Program-made: the position numbers and the translations under genes
Source: Candidatus Krumholzibacteriia bacterium
GTDB taxonomy: Bacteria; Krumholzibacteriota; Krumholzibacteriia; LZORAL124-64-63
DNA: 64,000 nucleotides
Direction: 5' to 3'
NCBI GenBank assembly: GCA_024763215.1
Contig: JANTFX010000005.1
Coordinates: forward strand, 4,210-68,209
In this document: positions 38,361 to 51,991 of the stretch, one piece after another
Layout: each line of letters starts with the position of its first letter
How positions within the stretch are numbered: position 1 is the stretch's first letter
Notes under the pieces: generated by a model
Seen by the model: only the letters and a program-made list of their open reading frames with translations
Database searches by the model: none
What the model was told of the DNA's origin: nothing

Positions 38361-41111
38361 CTACCGCAGGATCTGGGTGACCTTGGCCACCAGGTCGCGG
38401 GGGGAATAGGGCTTCTGTATGAATCCGGCCAGGCCCTTGCCCGCCAGCTTCTGGGTGGCGGTCTGCTCGTTGTAGCCGGAGGAGAGGATCACTTTCAGCC
38501 CGGGCTTGACCCGCGCCAGCTCGGTGAAGGCCTGCTCGCCGCCCATCCTGGGCATGGTCATGTCCAGCAGCACGCCCACGATTTCCTCCGCGTTCTCCTT
38601 CAGCATGGCCACGGCCTCGATCCCGTCGCAGGCGGTCACGGTCCGGTAGCCGGCCCGCTGTAGGGCCAGGGCGGCGATGTTGCGGATGGTCTCCTCGTCG
38701 TCGACGACCAGGATGAGCCCGGTTCCTTCTTGGGCGGCTGAGTCACCGGCCTCGTCGTCCGCCAGGGGCAGGGCGGGAATATCCACGGCCGGAAAAAACA
38801 CCTTGAAGGTGGTGCCCTTGCCGACCTCCGAGTAGACCTTGATGGCGCCGCCGTGCCCGCGCACGATGCCCTGGACGGCGCTCATTCCCAGGCCGCGTCC
38901 GGTGAACTTGGTGGTGAAGAAGGGCTCGAACAGGTGCTCCAGGGTTGCGGCGTCCATGCCGCAGCCGGTGTCGCTGATCTCGATGAACACGTGCGGGCCG
39001 GGCTTGATCCGGTCTCCCTGCAGGTAGAGCGAGGCCATGTAATCCCGGTCCACCTGGATCAGCCCGGTGGCGATCATGATGTTGCCGCTGCGATTGTCGA
39101 GGGCCTCGTTGGCGTTGAAGACGAGGTTCATGATGATCTGCTGGATCTGGGTGCGGTCGGCCTTGATGGCCGGCAGGTTCGGGGCCAGGTCGTACCGGAC
39201 CACGACCTTCTTGGACAGGGTGACCTCCAGGAGCCTGACCATGCCCTCGACCAGCTCGGAAAGGTTCAACGGCTGGACCAGGAACTTCCCCTTGCCCGAG
39301 TAGGCCAGCATCTGGCGGCAGAGTTCGGCCGCCCGCCGGCTGGTCTCCTCGATGGCGTGGAAATGGTCCGCCATGCGATCGGGGGAGCCGGCTTCGCCTT
39401 GGCCCATGGAGGCATGGCCCATGATGGCGGTCAGCAGGTTGTTGAAATCATGGGCGATGCCCCCGGCCAGCACGCCCAGGCTCTCCAGCCTCTGGACGTG
39501 TTCCATCTTCTGCTGTTGCCTTTCCTTTTCCTGCTCAGCCAGGATCCTGGCGGTCACATCTTGTACCGTGCCCAGGGAGCGCAGGGCGCGGCCCTGCTCG
39601 TCCCGCTCGGTCCGGCACTTTTCCTGGACGTATTTGATGCGCTCGGTGCCGCCGGGTTCTTCCAGCAGCAGACGGTGGACGATGTCGTAGGGGGCATCAT
39701 CCTTGATATGGCGGGAGAACGCCTCGTCGACGGCATCGCGGTCGGCGGGGTGGATGACGGCCAGGAAGGCCTCGTAGGAGGCGCCGAACTGTGCCGGGTC
39801 GATCTCGAAGATCCGGTAGACCTCCGGGGACCACCACAGGTCTCCGGAGGCAAGATCCAGCTCCCAGCTGCCGATCTTGGCCAACCGCTGGGCCTCCTGG
39901 AGATTGCGCTGGAGCTGTTTGATCCGGGTGATGTCCACCTCCGAGACCACCGCACGTTTCCAGTCCTGCTGGCAGCCGGGCATCAGGAAGGTGTTCACGA
40001 TCACATCCACCGAGGTGCCGTCCATGCGGCGGACGCGGCCCTGGACTTCGGTCCCGCTTTTTCCCGACGCCAGGCCCACGATCTCCTGCCTGAAGGCGGT
40101 CAGGGACTCCTCGGTGAAGATCTTGTCCAGGCCCTCCAGCAGGACCTTCTTGTCGGTGGTTCCGTGCAGGGCGAGGGCGGCCCGGTTGACGTCGAGGATC
40201 TTGGCCTGAAGGCTGCATTCGAGGAGGGCTTCGGGATGCGCGGTGAAGAACGCATCCAGATCCGTCACGCCTTCGCCCCGCCAGCGGTCGATGAGCGCCT
40301 TGACCCCGGAGAAATCTTCCTCCCACAGGGCCACCGGGGACAGCTCGAACAGGCCACGGTAACGCTGCTCCAGGGCCTTGAGGGCCGAAAGGTCCCGGAC
40401 GATGCCCTGGGCCAGGGGCCGGCCGTCGATATGGATGATGGCGGAGGAAACCTCCGCGGGGAAAACCGTCCCGTCCCGACGCTGGAACAGGGTCTCGAAC
40501 CTGACCGACCCCTCCTGCAGGAACTTTGCGAATTGCCTGCGGGAATTTTCGAGTTCCGATTCCGGGTGGAGGTCCTTTACGGTCAAGTGGTCAGGATCGT
40601 CGCCGGTGAACCCGAAGATTTCCATGGCCTTGCTGTTCAGGCGGATGAACTTGCCTTCGAGGTCGTGGATGAAGATGGCGTCGTTGGACTGTTCGAACAG
40701 GGTGCGGAACAGTTCCTCGCTGGTGGCCCGTTCGGTTTCGGCGGCGATGACCGGCGTGATGTCCCTGAAGATCACCAGGGCCAAGTGGCGGCCCTCCATC
40801 TCCACGGGATGGCCTGTAACGTCCACGGGCAGGGCCGAACCGTCCTTACAAAGGACCTCGCCCCGCCAGGGGCCGGGGCAGCCCCGGGTCAAGGTGCCCT
40901 GGATGAGATCCTGATGCTTGGCCGGGAACAGATCCCGAACCCCCATGGCCAGCAACTCATCGCGGGAATACCCGGTCAGCTCGCAGAGGCGCGCATTGGC
41001 CAGGACGCAATCCCCGCCGCGGGCGGCCATGCAGAAACCATCGGAGGATCCCCCGACGATGGCCTCGAAGAGCTCGGCATCAAAATCCATGGCTTCTCCC
41101 AGGGTGGCCAA
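38361..41111 (-). CDS. multi-PAS hybrid sensor histidine kinase / response regulator
   Basis: At least four PAS/PAC-like segments. HisKA H-box [14 protein letters not shown] and HATPase G-boxes. The C-terminal receiver reads [13 protein letters not shown]...[11 protein letters not shown]. Confidence 0.8.
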   Translation of the reverse strand: MATLGEAMDFDAELFEAIVGGSSDGFCMAARGGDCVLANARLCELTGYSRDELLAMGVRDLFPAKHQDLIQGTLTRGCPGPWRGEVLCKDGSALPVDVTGHPVEMEGRHLALVIFRDITPVIAAETERATSEELFRTLFEQSNDAIFIHDLEGKFIRLNSKAMEIFGFTGDDPDHLTVKDLHPESELENSRRQFAKFLQEGSVRFETLFQRRDGTVFPAEVSSAIIHIDGRPLAQGIVRDLSALKALEQRYRGLFELSPVALWEEDFSGVKALIDRWRGEGVTDLDAFFTAHPEALLECSLQAKILDVNRAALALHGTTDKKVLLEGLDKIFTEESLTAFRQEIVGLASGKSGTEVQGRVRRMDGTSVDVIVNTFLMPGCQQDWKRAVVSEVDITRIKQLQRNLQEAQRLAKIGSWELDLASGDLWWSPEVYRIFEIDPAQFGASYEAFLAVIHPADRDAVDEAFSRHIKDDAPYDIVHRLLLEEPGGTERIKYVQEKCRTERDEQGRALRSLGTVQDVTARILAEQEKERQQQKMEHVQRLESLGVLAGGIAHDFNNLLTAIMGHASMGQGEAGSPDRMADHFHAIEETSRRAAELCRQMLAYSGKGKFLVQPLNLSELVEGMVRLLEVTLSKKVVVRYDLAPNLPAIKADRTQIQQIIMNLVFNANEALDNRSGNIMIATGLIQVDRDYMASLYLQGDRIKPGPHVFIEISDTGCGMDAATLEHLFEPFFTTKFTGRGLGMSAVQGIVRGHGGAIKVYSEVGKGTTFKVFFPAVDIPALPLADDEAGDSAAQEGTGLILVVDDEETIRNIAALALQRAGYRTVTACDGIEAVAMLKENAEEIVGVLLDMTMPRMGGEQAFTELARVKPGLKVILSSGYNEQTATQKLAGKGLAGFIQKPYSPRDLVAKVTQILR

Positions 41112-41322
41112 AGATTGGTTTCCTCTGCATTTTCACGGCTTCCCCGGCAGAATGCAACCGAAACCCTTGCCGCCGGGGTCTGTCGGGCTCGCTGGTGTAG
41201 GTAATGATAATAATTTAACAAAATCGCCGGGCCCCCTTGACTTGAGACCAGGCCGGTAACGATTTTCTGATCTGCGTAGATGTGTTAGGTTGCGGCCAAC
41301 TTCATGCCAAGGATGATGATTC

Positions 41323-43394
41323 ATGACTGATGCTTCCCCGAAGCGCGATCGGCGTCTGCTGGCTGAATTTCCGGTGCCGGATCTTGGGCAGTGGCGGGCC
41401 GAGGTTGAGCGTTTGCTCAAGGGTGTGCCTTTCGCAAAGGCGATGCTCACCCGCACCCTCGAGGGCCTCACGATCCAGCCCATGCCGACGGCCGCCGAGA
41501 CCCGGGATCTGCCCTGGATTGATGCCTTGCCCGGTCAGGTCCCCTACAGCCGTGGTTCCCGCCCCGGCGGCCGCAGCGAAGCCCCCTGGCTGGTGGCGCA
41601 GGAAATCCCCTTGCCGTTGCCCGCTGATTTCAACGCGGCCTTGCGGCATGATCTGCAGCGGGGGCAGACGGCGGTCCACCTGGTGCTGGATGCCGCCGGC
41701 CAGGCGGGCCAGGACCCCTTGAGCGCCGCCGCCGGTGCCGTGGGGGCGAGCGGCACGTCCGTGGCCGATCTTCAGGATCTGCAGGCCGCCCTGGAGGGCG
41801 TCGATCCGGCCGGCACGCCGGTGATGACCGATGGGGGAGCCGCCGCCCTGCCGCTGGCGGCCATGCTGGCTCTGTGGTGGGAAGGGGCGGAGGTCGCTCC
41901 CGGCCAGAGGTGCGGTTTCCTAGGTTGCGACCCGGTGGCGGGTCTGGCGCAGCAGGGCCGTCTGCCCGTGCCCATGGGAAGGCTCTACGACGACCTGGCG
42001 TTGATCACCGGTTGGGCCGCCGATGCCCCCCGGGTGCGCACCTTGCCCGTGCGCGAGACCATCTGGCACGAGGGCGGCGCCCACCACGCCCTGTCCCTGG
42101 GGCTGACCCTGAGCGGGGCCCTGCACCTGCTCAGGGAGATGGAAGCCCGGGGCATCGCGCCCGACGCCGCGGTTGCCCGGGTCCATTTCCACATTTGCGT
42201 CGACACCGATTTCTTCATGTCCCTGGCCAAACTGCGCGCCCTGAGGTTGCTGTGGAGCGGGGTCCAGGCTGCGGCCGGCCTCGAGCCGCTGCCGGCCTTC
42301 ATCCACGCGCGCACCGGCGGGCGCATGATGGCCGCCGTGGAGCCGTACCCCAACCTGCTGCGGGTCACCACAGCGACCATGGCCGCGGTCCTGGGCGGGG
42401 CCGACAGCATCCAGACCGGTTGCTTCGACCGGGCGTTGGGGCTGCCTGACGAGTTCAGCCGCCGCCTGGCGCGCAACGTGCCGTTGATCCTTGCCCACGA
42501 GGTGCATCTGGACAAGGTGGCCGATCCGGCCGGCGGCGCCTGGTATCCGGAGAGGCTCACCGCCGACCTGGCCGCCCGGGCCTGGGAGCATGCCCGGGCC
42601 GTGGAGCAGGCCGGCGGCATCGTTGCGGTTCTGGAATCCGGCTGGGTGCAGGAACGGATTGCCGCCGTGGCGGCGGAACGACGCCGGCGCCTGGCCGTCG
42701 GCAAGGACGCCATGGTGGGGGTGAACCGCTACTGCGACCCCCAGGCATCCCCGATGCCGTCCCGTAAGAACGATGATGCCGGGATCGAGGCCGCGCGCAA
42801 GGCCGAGCTGGACGGCCGCGCTCCCTGGGGCAGCGGCCTGGCCACCGGATTCGACGGGATGATCCAGGCCGTCAGGGCGGGCGCCCGCCTCGGGGCCCTC
42901 ATCGATCCGGGGCCGGATGATCTGATGGTCGACCCTGTGCCCGCGCGCCGGGATGCCGAACCCTTCGAGGCCATCCGCCAGCGGGTGTTGTCCGGCGGCG
43001 ACCTGCCTGCGACACGCGTGTGCTGCGCCTGCCTGGGCGATCCGGCCCGCTACATGCCGCGGCTGGATTTCGTGCGCGGTTTCTTCGCAAGCGGAGGTTT
43101 CCAGGTGCTTGCCCATGGCCATCACGACACGGCCGCAGCGGCCGTCGCTGCGGCCCAGGATGCCGGGGCCGCGACGGTTGTGCTGGTGGGCCTGGACGAT
43201 ACCTACGCCCGGCTGGCCACCGAAACCGCGCGCGGGATGGCCGCGCTTGCCCCGCCGCTGCGGATCATCCTGGCCGGCAAGCCCGGCACGCTGGAAGACG
43301 AGCTGCGTGCTGCGGGGGTGGCGGAGTTCCTGCACGCCCGCAGCGACATGCTGGATGTGCTGGGCCGTTTGGCCGGGGCCGTGGAGGTGACATC

Positions 43395-43398
<4 letters not shown>
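41323..43398 (+). CDS. mutA: methylmalonyl-CoA mutase small (beta, non-catalytic) subunit
   Basis: N-terminus ...[37 protein letters not shown] matches MutA. The protein has the TIM-barrel-like body but lacks the large-subunit catalytic signatures. Confidence 0.7.
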
Positions 43399-45546
<2,148 letters not shown>

Positions 45547-45560
<14 letters not shown>

Positions 45561-47637
45561 ACCCCGCCATGTCCAGCCCTTGCGGCAGATGCCTGATGGC
45601 CTCCACCAGCGCCTGCTCGTCCGGGTGGATGGCGTTTTCGGGCCCGTTGTCCAGAACCCCCGCCGAGGTTATGTACATCAGATAGCCGGCCCGTGAACAC
45701 GGGGAATGGCCGGCGATCCCGATGACGTGCCCCAATTCGTGCAGCGCGACCTCCGCCACCCGCTGTGCGGAATCCATGGTGCTGTGCAGGTAGACCTCCA
45801 TCCGTTGCGGGATGATGTTCCCCACCACGTAGCCTCCACGGGGTTCCAGGATGGATACCTGGCCGTTAAGGGTGGGATACTGATCCGAGTAGACGAACAC
45901 CACATCGGCAGTCTCGGGAGCGTCGGTTTCGACGAAATAGGGTTCGGGCATGGTCGTGTTCCATATCTCCAGAGCCCACCGGCTCTGGGCCTGGAAGTCG
46001 ACTTCGACGGGGGTGTCGTCGGCGGGAAGATATACGGTCAGCGGCCAGTGGTCCCACTTGTAGAGCTTGGTGTCGGGACGGTTGTCCGTCGGGAGGTTCG
46101 TCTTGGTCATGGCCCGCAGATAGGTCATGAAATCAGGAGTGGCCAGGGTGCAACGGGAGTCCATCTCGTGTTGCTCGACCAGGGGCAGGGGCAGGTCCTC
46201 GAGCGGGGAACCGACCGGCAATTCCAGGGTGTAGTCGAACCAGCGACCGGGATCGGTTTCGCCTGAAACCGTCCTGAGGGAGATGGGGAGGTTGTTCAGG
46301 ATTGCCGAGAACGCGAAAGCGCCGTCGATGTCCGTCGTCGTGCGCAGCGGCGGTTTCCCTTCTCTCGAGAGTTCCACCGGGACACCTGCCTGAAGCTGGC
46401 CATCGGCGGCGATGACCCTGCCGGTGACCGCTCCTGTCTGGGTGGGGACGGTACCCCATTGGCCTTCCAGAGGTGACGGTTGCCCAGCGCCATCCCACGC
46501 CCTGACGCCGAACCAATTCATGACGCCTGGGACCATGCCGTCTTCAGCTACGGAAAAAGTCCGGGTGTAGGATTCCTGGTTCGCAACGGCAGCCTGTTCG
46601 GAGAGCCGGCGGGCCTGGTTCCAGTTGGCATCGGTGAGGGGACCGTCGGGGCTGGTTCTGATCTCGTAGGTGGTGACCGGGTAAAGCGAGTCCTGCACCC
46701 ACTGCCAGGACACATCAACCAGCCCTGGACCATCACCGGGACGGACCTGGATGCCCTTGACCGATGCCGGGACCTGCCTGCGGTACTCGCCCGTGAAGGT
46801 GATGATCTGGTGTGGGCCCATGTGGAGGTCGAACTCGGTTTCCGGAACCAGGGAAAATTCCGGTACCTCGGCCCAGGAAATATGGTAGTCACCCGGTACC
46901 AGGTAGTCGATCGCCTGGTTTCCCCATCCCGTGATGGGGTTGCCGGGCCCTGTGATCTCCCAGAAGGCATTGAGACCCAGGGGATAATTGATGACCTCGA
47001 TGCGGCCATGCTGCGAGAGATCCGCCTCGATGGTGGCACTGAGGATACCGGTTTCTCCGGTGGAAACGGTGGCGGTTGGGGTCTGGGTGAGGAATCTGAA
47101 CCCCTCAGGAGGCGCCCACTGGATCCGGTACTCCCCCGGTGGGATCATGTCCAGGTAGGCGGTTCCCTGGCCGGTGAGGGAAAAATCATCAGGTCCGGAC
47201 AGGGTCCACGGTACGCTGAGGGAGGCAAACTGCTCATCGGCAAAAAGGATGTTGATGACCAGCTTTCCGCATGCCTGCGGCTGGGCGGCATAGGCCTGGT
47301 AAAAGACGGTGGTGTCGCCTGCGGTTGCGGTGGCCACACTGTCGGCGGATGCCGACAGGGACCAGCATGGAGGGCTGGCCCAGTGGATGGAGTAGGTTCC
47401 GGCCTGGAGGTCGGGCAAGGTCGAGGTTCCCCTGCCGAGCAGGAAAAAGTCGGCCGGTCCGCTCAAGGTCCAGACTTCCTGGATGGAATCGGGATCAACC
47501 GTGACGATGACGGTCGCCTTGGCCGCTGGTGGGGGTTGCACGGGGTTCTGGTCCTGGCAGGATGCGACCAGAACTCCCCAGACGGCAGCAGGCAGGAGAA
47601 GGCCGAGCCAGGAGGGAATGCTTCGTTGGCGGTGCAT
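45547..47637 (-). CDS. lipoprotein with repeated beta-sandwich-like modules and a C-terminal metzincin-like zinc protease domain
   Basis: Lipobox LVASC. Recurrent WTLSGPADF / TYSIHWA blocks. The zinc site is [12 protein letters not shown], an HExxHxxGxxxH motif. The last 14 nt converge on and overlap the mutB 3' end. Confidence 0.55.
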
Positions 47638-47829
47638 GGAACCGACTTTTCTATGCCCCGGGGAAGGAGAATTGACTCCTGAATGTCAGGCTACGGATTT
47701 CTTTGGCCGGGGTCAATCCCGAATCAACGCATTCGGTATCAACTCGTGTTGCCTGGATATTCGGCACCGTGGTAGCCTTCCCGAAGCGGACAGCGGCTAT
47801 GAGGCTGGGCAACGGAAAGGCGACCGGAA

Positions 47830-48963
47830 ATGGCAGGGGATAGGTCCCGGGATCAGGATGATTTCAAGTCCGCCCTTCACATCCGCAAGGGCGTTGCCGG
47901 GGGCCATGACGGCTTGCCGGGGGCAGGCGGGGGCAACGGTGGCGGCAACGGTGGCGGCAACGGCGGCCCACCGCGCCGCGTCCTGACGGCCCGGGAATAC
48001 ATTGACGGCGTGCGGGCAGGCGACCGGGTGATCCTCGGCCGTGCCATCACCCTCATCGAATCGGGCGCTCCGACGCACCAGGAGCTTGCGCGTGAAGTCC
48101 TGACGGCGCTATTGCCCCACCGCACCGAGGCCGTGCGCGTGGGCATCACGGGGGTGCCGGGGGCCGGCAAGAGCACCCTCATCGAGGCGCTCGGGGGCCA
48201 CCTGACCGCCTCCGGGCACAAGGTGGCCGTCACCGCCGTCGACCCTAGCAGCAGTCTGAGCGGCGGCAGCATCCTGGGCGACAAGACCCGCATGGAGAAG
48301 CTGGCCGCCGACCCGGGCGCCTTCATCCGGCCCTCACCGTCGGGCGGCACCCTGGGCGGGGTGGCGCGCAAGACCCGCGAGACCATCGTGCTGTTCGAGG
48401 CTGCCGGTTACGACGTGATCCTGGTCGAGACCGTGGGGGTGGGCCAGAGCGAGGCCCTGGTGCGGTCCATGGTGGATTTCTTCATGCTGGTGCTGCTGGC
48501 CGGGGCCGGGGACGAGCTGCAGGGCATCAAGAAGGGTGTCATGGAACTGGCCGATCTGATCGTGATCAACAAGGCCGACGGCCCCGGGCGCAAGGCGGCC
48601 GCGGCGGCCCGCGCCGATTTCGAGCAGGTGCTGCACTACCTGCGGCCGGCCACCGAAAGCTGGAGGACCCGCGCCGTGATGTGCTCGGCCCTGCAGGGCG
48701 AGGGGGTGGCCGAGCTGTGGGATCTGGTCACCGAGTTCATGGACACCGGGCGCGCCAGCGGCGCCTTGGCCGCCCGCCGCGCCGACCAGGAACGCGCCTG
48801 GTTGCGCGATCTGGTGCGCGAGGGCCTGGAAAACCTACTCCTGTCCAGGCCGGGGGTGAAGCAGCAGCTGAAGGCCCTGGAGGACGATGTGGCCGCCGGA
48901 CGCCTGCCCGCCACGGAGGCCGCGCGGCGGCTTCTCGAGGCTTTTTCCCGGGGCGACGCCTGA
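47830..48963 (+). CDS. meaB: methylmalonyl-CoA-mutase-associated G-protein chaperone MeaB/ArgK, with an N-terminal Gly/Asn repeat insertion
   Basis: GxxGxGKST P-loop GVPGAGKST, GDKTRM switch and NKAD. The motif RAITLIES is typical of MeaB. The start is uncertain, since about 50 aa precede the conserved core. Confidence 0.8.
   Translation: MAGDRSRDQDDFKSALHIRKGVAGGHDGLPGAGGGNGGGNGGGNGGPPRRVLTAREYIDGVRAGDRVILGRAITLIESGAPTHQELAREVLTALLPHRTEAVRVGITGVPGAGKSTLIEALGGHLTASGHKVAVTAVDPSSSLSGGSILGDKTRMEKLAADPGAFIRPSPSGGTLGGVARKTRETIVLFEAAGYDVILVETVGVGQSEALVRSMVDFFMLVLLAGAGDELQGIKKGVMELADLIVINKADGPGRKAAAAARADFEQVLHYLRPATESWRTRAVMCSALQGEGVAELWDLVTEFMDTGRASGALAARRADQERAWLRDLVREGLENLLLSRPGVKQQLKALEDDVAAGRLPATEAARRLLEAFSRGDA
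47926..47967 (+). repeat. 12-bp tandem repeat (ggcggcaacggt, about 3.3 copies) encoding GGNGGGNGGGNGG inside the meaB 5' region
   Basis: Directly visible as ggcgggggcaacggt ggcggcaacggt ggcggcaacggc ggc. Confidence 0.7.
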
Positions 48964-49047
48964 TCCCGGTTGGTGCCGGGGCCTTTACCCTGTTAAATTG
49001 CCGCGGTAACCGGCCCCATCCCTTTTGCCCGTGGTGAGGATGATACG

Positions 49048-50655
49048 ATGAGCGATGCACCGATAACCGCGCCTGTACCCGTCGAACTGCACGATACCCT
49101 CAGCGGGAAGAAATGCCCCCTGCAGACCATCGCCCCGGGCAAGGTGGGCATGTACTGCTGCGGCCCCACAGTGTACGACTTGACCCACGTCGGCAACGCG
49201 CGCGCCGCCCTGGTGCCCGATGTTATCGTGCGTTTCCTGCGGCATGAGGGCTACCAGGTCAAGTACGTGCGCAACATCACGGACATCGACGACAAGATCA
49301 TCGCGCGCAGCAGGGAAGCCGGTGTCCCGGCGAGCGAACTGGCCGACCGCTACGCCGACGAATACCATCGCGACATGGAAGCGCTGAACATCCTGCCTCC
49401 GGATGTCGAGCCGCGGGTGCAGGACCATATCCCCCAGATCATCGCGCTGGTCGCGACCCTCGTGGACAAGGGGCTGGCCTATGCGGTGGACGGGGACGTT
49501 TACTACCGGGTGGCGGCGTTCAAGGGCTACGGCAAGCTGAGCAAGCGCCACCTGGAGGAGATGCTCGAGGGCGCCGGCAGCCGCATCGACGTGGACGAGC
49601 GCAAGGAGTCGCCCCTGGATTTCGCGCTGTGGAAGGCAGCCAAGCCGGGCGAGCCTTCATGGGACAGCCCGTGGGGCGCGGGCCGGCCCGGCTGGCACAT
49701 CGAGTGCTCGGCCATGAGCTCGACCCACCTCGGTGACAGCTTCGACATCCACGGCGGCGGCCGGGACCTGGTGTTCCCGCACCACGAGAACGAGATCGCC
49801 CAGAGCCAGGGCGCCCACGGCGAGGACACCTTCGCCCGCTACTGGGTGCACAACGGGTTCATCAACTTCGCCGGCGAGAAGATGTCCAAGAGCCTGGGCA
49901 ACTTCTTCACGACCCGCGAGATCACCGCCCTGTACCCGCCCGAATCCCTGCGCTACTTCCTGCTGACGGTGCACTACCGCAGCGGCCTGAACTTCGAGGT
50001 CGAGGTGCCGTGCCCGGCGTGCGGGGCGCTGCTGGGCAAGAGCGAACAGGAGTCCGGCGTGTGCGAGGCCTGCGGCGCGCATACCGAATCCGATGTCCTG
50101 CGCCGGCGCGTGCGCTTTCCCGGCCTGGAGGAGGCCGACGACCGCCTGGCCTACATTTATCGTACCTTGCGCCAGGCGCGCGCTTTTCTGGCCGCGGCCA
50201 AGAAACCCGGTGGTGAGGAGCCCGTGACCGAGCACATCGCCGGCATGCTGCCCGCCTTCGTGTCGCACATGCGCAACGATTTCAACACCGGCGGCGCCCT
50301 GGGCGCGCTGAGCAAGCCCCTGGCCGAGGCCAACAGCCTGCTTGCCTCGGGCAAGGGCGTGGGCAAGGCGGCCCGCTACCTCAGCCTGGAGCGGTTCGAG
50401 ACGGATATGGCCCAGGTGGCCGAGGTCCTGGGCTGCTTCGGGCAGGATCCCGACCAGTGGTTGCAGCAGCGGCGCGACATGAAGGCCGCGCGCACCGGCC
50501 TTGACATCGACCAGGTCGAGGCGCTCGTCCGGAAGCGCCAGGAGGCGCGTGCGGCGAAGGACTGGGCCGCGGCCGACGCCATCCGCGACGAGCTGGCCGC
50601 TTTGGGGGTGGCGGTCATGGATGGCCCCGAGGGCTCGGTCTGGGATTTCAAATAA
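49048..50655 (+). CDS. cysS: cysteine--tRNA ligase with a Cys4 zinc-ribbon insertion
   Basis: [16 protein letters not shown] (HIGH region), KMSKSLGN, and the zinc ligand contexts of CysRS. An extra segment [22 protein letters not shown] lies between the catalytic and anticodon domains (535 aa versus about 465). Confidence 0.85.
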   Translation: MSDAPITAPVPVELHDTLSGKKCPLQTIAPGKVGMYCCGPTVYDLTHVGNARAALVPDVIVRFLRHEGYQVKYVRNITDIDDKIIARSREAGVPASELADRYADEYHRDMEALNILPPDVEPRVQDHIPQIIALVATLVDKGLAYAVDGDVYYRVAAFKGYGKLSKRHLEEMLEGAGSRIDVDERKESPLDFALWKAAKPGEPSWDSPWGAGRPGWHIECSAMSSTHLGDSFDIHGGGRDLVFPHHENEIAQSQGAHGEDTFARYWVHNGFINFAGEKMSKSLGNFFTTREITALYPPESLRYFLLTVHYRSGLNFEVEVPCPACGALLGKSEQESGVCEACGAHTESDVLRRRVRFPGLEEADDRLAYIYRTLRQARAFLAAAKKPGGEEPVTEHIAGMLPAFVSHMRNDFNTGGALGALSKPLAEANSLLASGKGVGKAARYLSLERFETDMAQVAEVLGCFGQDPDQWLQQRRDMKAARTGLDIDQVEALVRKRQEARAAKDWAAADAIRDELAALGVAVMDGPEGSVWDFK

Positions 50656-50713
50656 GATTTTTCGGCCTGGCTGCGGAGGCACCGCGGCGGAAATCTGTGT
50701 TGATTGTTTGGTA

Positions 50714-50757
50714 TGAATTTTAGCGTGAAATATTAGAACACCCGCATATGTGTATGT
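50714..50757 (+). repeat. left direct repeat of the HNH cassette
   Basis: See the mobile_element entry. Confidence 0.6.
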
Positions 50758-50826
50758 CTGACCCTCGTACAGGTCTTGCTTGATCTGGGAAGGACCCCTT
50801 CCTTCCCGGAAATGTGACACCGAAAG

Positions 50827-51903
50827 ATGACGGACAAGTTATTTCCCGACGCTGTGGCGAGTCATGTCGAATCCCTGGCACTGACCCCGGCTGAAGCCAG
50901 CCTCCACAACAACTTCGTGGTTTCGGCGAAATCCTTGCGAAGGGATTTCGTGCGCATGGTTTATTACCTGTTGCAGATCAAGGAACATTTGATCTATCGC
51001 AAGCTTGGCTTCAAGACAATGTCAAATTATGGAAAGGCCGTGGCCGGGCTGACTCCACGCCAGGTTTCAGACTTCCTCACGCTGGCGCGCCGCCTGCCCA
51101 GATTCCCCGAAGTTGAGGCGGCCTTGGCCGAGGGGAACCTGTCCTGGTCCCATGCCCGGATCATCACATCCAAAGCCGATCCTGAGCAACAATTGGAATG
51201 GATCAAGGCAGCCGGCACCTTGACCGTCGAGCAGTTGGCAGCTACGCCGTCGCATTCGGTTCCCAATGTTTTTCCGGAAAAGAAATCGCCGGAGTCGCAG
51301 CCTTCTCGTGATGGAGGTCTGCCCATGAAGCCAAAGCCCCAAAAGCCGAAAGTATTACCTGAAACGACCCTGCAGTATGTCAATCTGCGGCTGACGGGCA
51401 GCCAATATGCCGAATTGTCCCGCCTGCTGGAACAGGGGCAAGCCGCTACCGGCCTGTCCCGTGAAGAGATCGTTCTTCAAGCCCTGGAAAACGCAGCAAC
51501 GGGAAAAACGCAGCATGAACAATCGGCCTACTTGCAGGTGATCCTCGTGTGTCCTGATTGTGGTGAGGCGGTGTTACCGACCAGCCGGGGCGAGATCCGC
51601 GCGCCTCAGGCCTTGCTGAAGGCAGCTCATTGCGATGCGATTATCGAGGATTCCACTGGGGCACGCAAACATACCATCCCGCCGCGTATACGTCGGCAAG
51701 CACTGAAACGCGCCCGTTACCAATGCGAAAGGCCTGGATGTTCCAATACCGGGTTTCTGCAGATCCACCATCGCGTGCCCAGAGCTGGTGGTGGTAGCCC
51801 AGACCTGGACAATCTGGTGGTTCTTTGCTCTCGGTGTCATCAGCAATTGCACCATGATGAGGAATCAGCAAGGGCAGCCTTGAAACAGGTACCGGATATT
51901 TGA
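50827..51903 (+). CDS. DUF222-like N-terminal domain plus C-terminal HNH endonuclease
   Basis: C-terminal HNH zinc-finger nuclease motif CERPGCSNTGFLQIHHRVPRAGGGSPDLDNLVVLCSRCHQQLH. A second Cys pair, CPDCG, lies upstream. Confidence 0.7.
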   Translation: MTDKLFPDAVASHVESLALTPAEASLHNNFVVSAKSLRRDFVRMVYYLLQIKEHLIYRKLGFKTMSNYGKAVAGLTPRQVSDFLTLARRLPRFPEVEAALAEGNLSWSHARIITSKADPEQQLEWIKAAGTLTVEQLAATPSHSVPNVFPEKKSPESQPSRDGGLPMKPKPQKPKVLPETTLQYVNLRLTGSQYAELSRLLEQGQAATGLSREEIVLQALENAATGKTQHEQSAYLQVILVCPDCGEAVLPTSRGEIRAPQALLKAAHCDAIIEDSTGARKHTIPPRIRRQALKRARYQCERPGCSNTGFLQIHHRVPRAGGGSPDLDNLVVLCSRCHQQLHHDEESARAALKQVPDI

Positions 51904-51928
51904 GCGGGACGCATCATGATCGATGGGA

Positions 51929-51973
51929 CGAATAATTAGCATGAGGTATTAGAACACCCGCATATGTGTATGT
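51929..51973 (+). repeat. right direct repeat of the HNH cassette
   Basis: See the mobile_element entry. Confidence 0.6.
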
Positions 51974-51991
51974 TTCGAGCTTTATTCCGGG

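Larger units (their letters stand above)
50714..51973 (+). mobile_element. REP13E12-like cassette: a DUF222/HNH endonuclease gene flanked by imperfect 44-bp direct repeats, low GC
   Basis: Left repeat gaattttagcgtgaaatattagaacacccgcatatgtgtatgt at 50714-50757. Right repeat cgaataattagcatgaggtattagaacacccgcatatgtgtatgt at 51929-51973. The 25 nt ttagaacacccgcatatgtgtatgt are identical. The flanks are visibly more AT-rich than their surroundings. Confidence 0.4.

Noticed and set aside
41112-41322. Possible cobalamin riboswitch upstream of the B12-dependent mutase operon
   Set aside because: No B12-box-like (GCCACTG) element or conserved riboswitch core could be seen in the 210-nt leader.
48964-49047. 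Possible intrinsic terminator between meaB and cysS
   Set aside because: Only a short 6-bp GC pairing (ggggcc/ggcccc) with a roughly 30-nt loop and a weak T-tract. Too poor to call.
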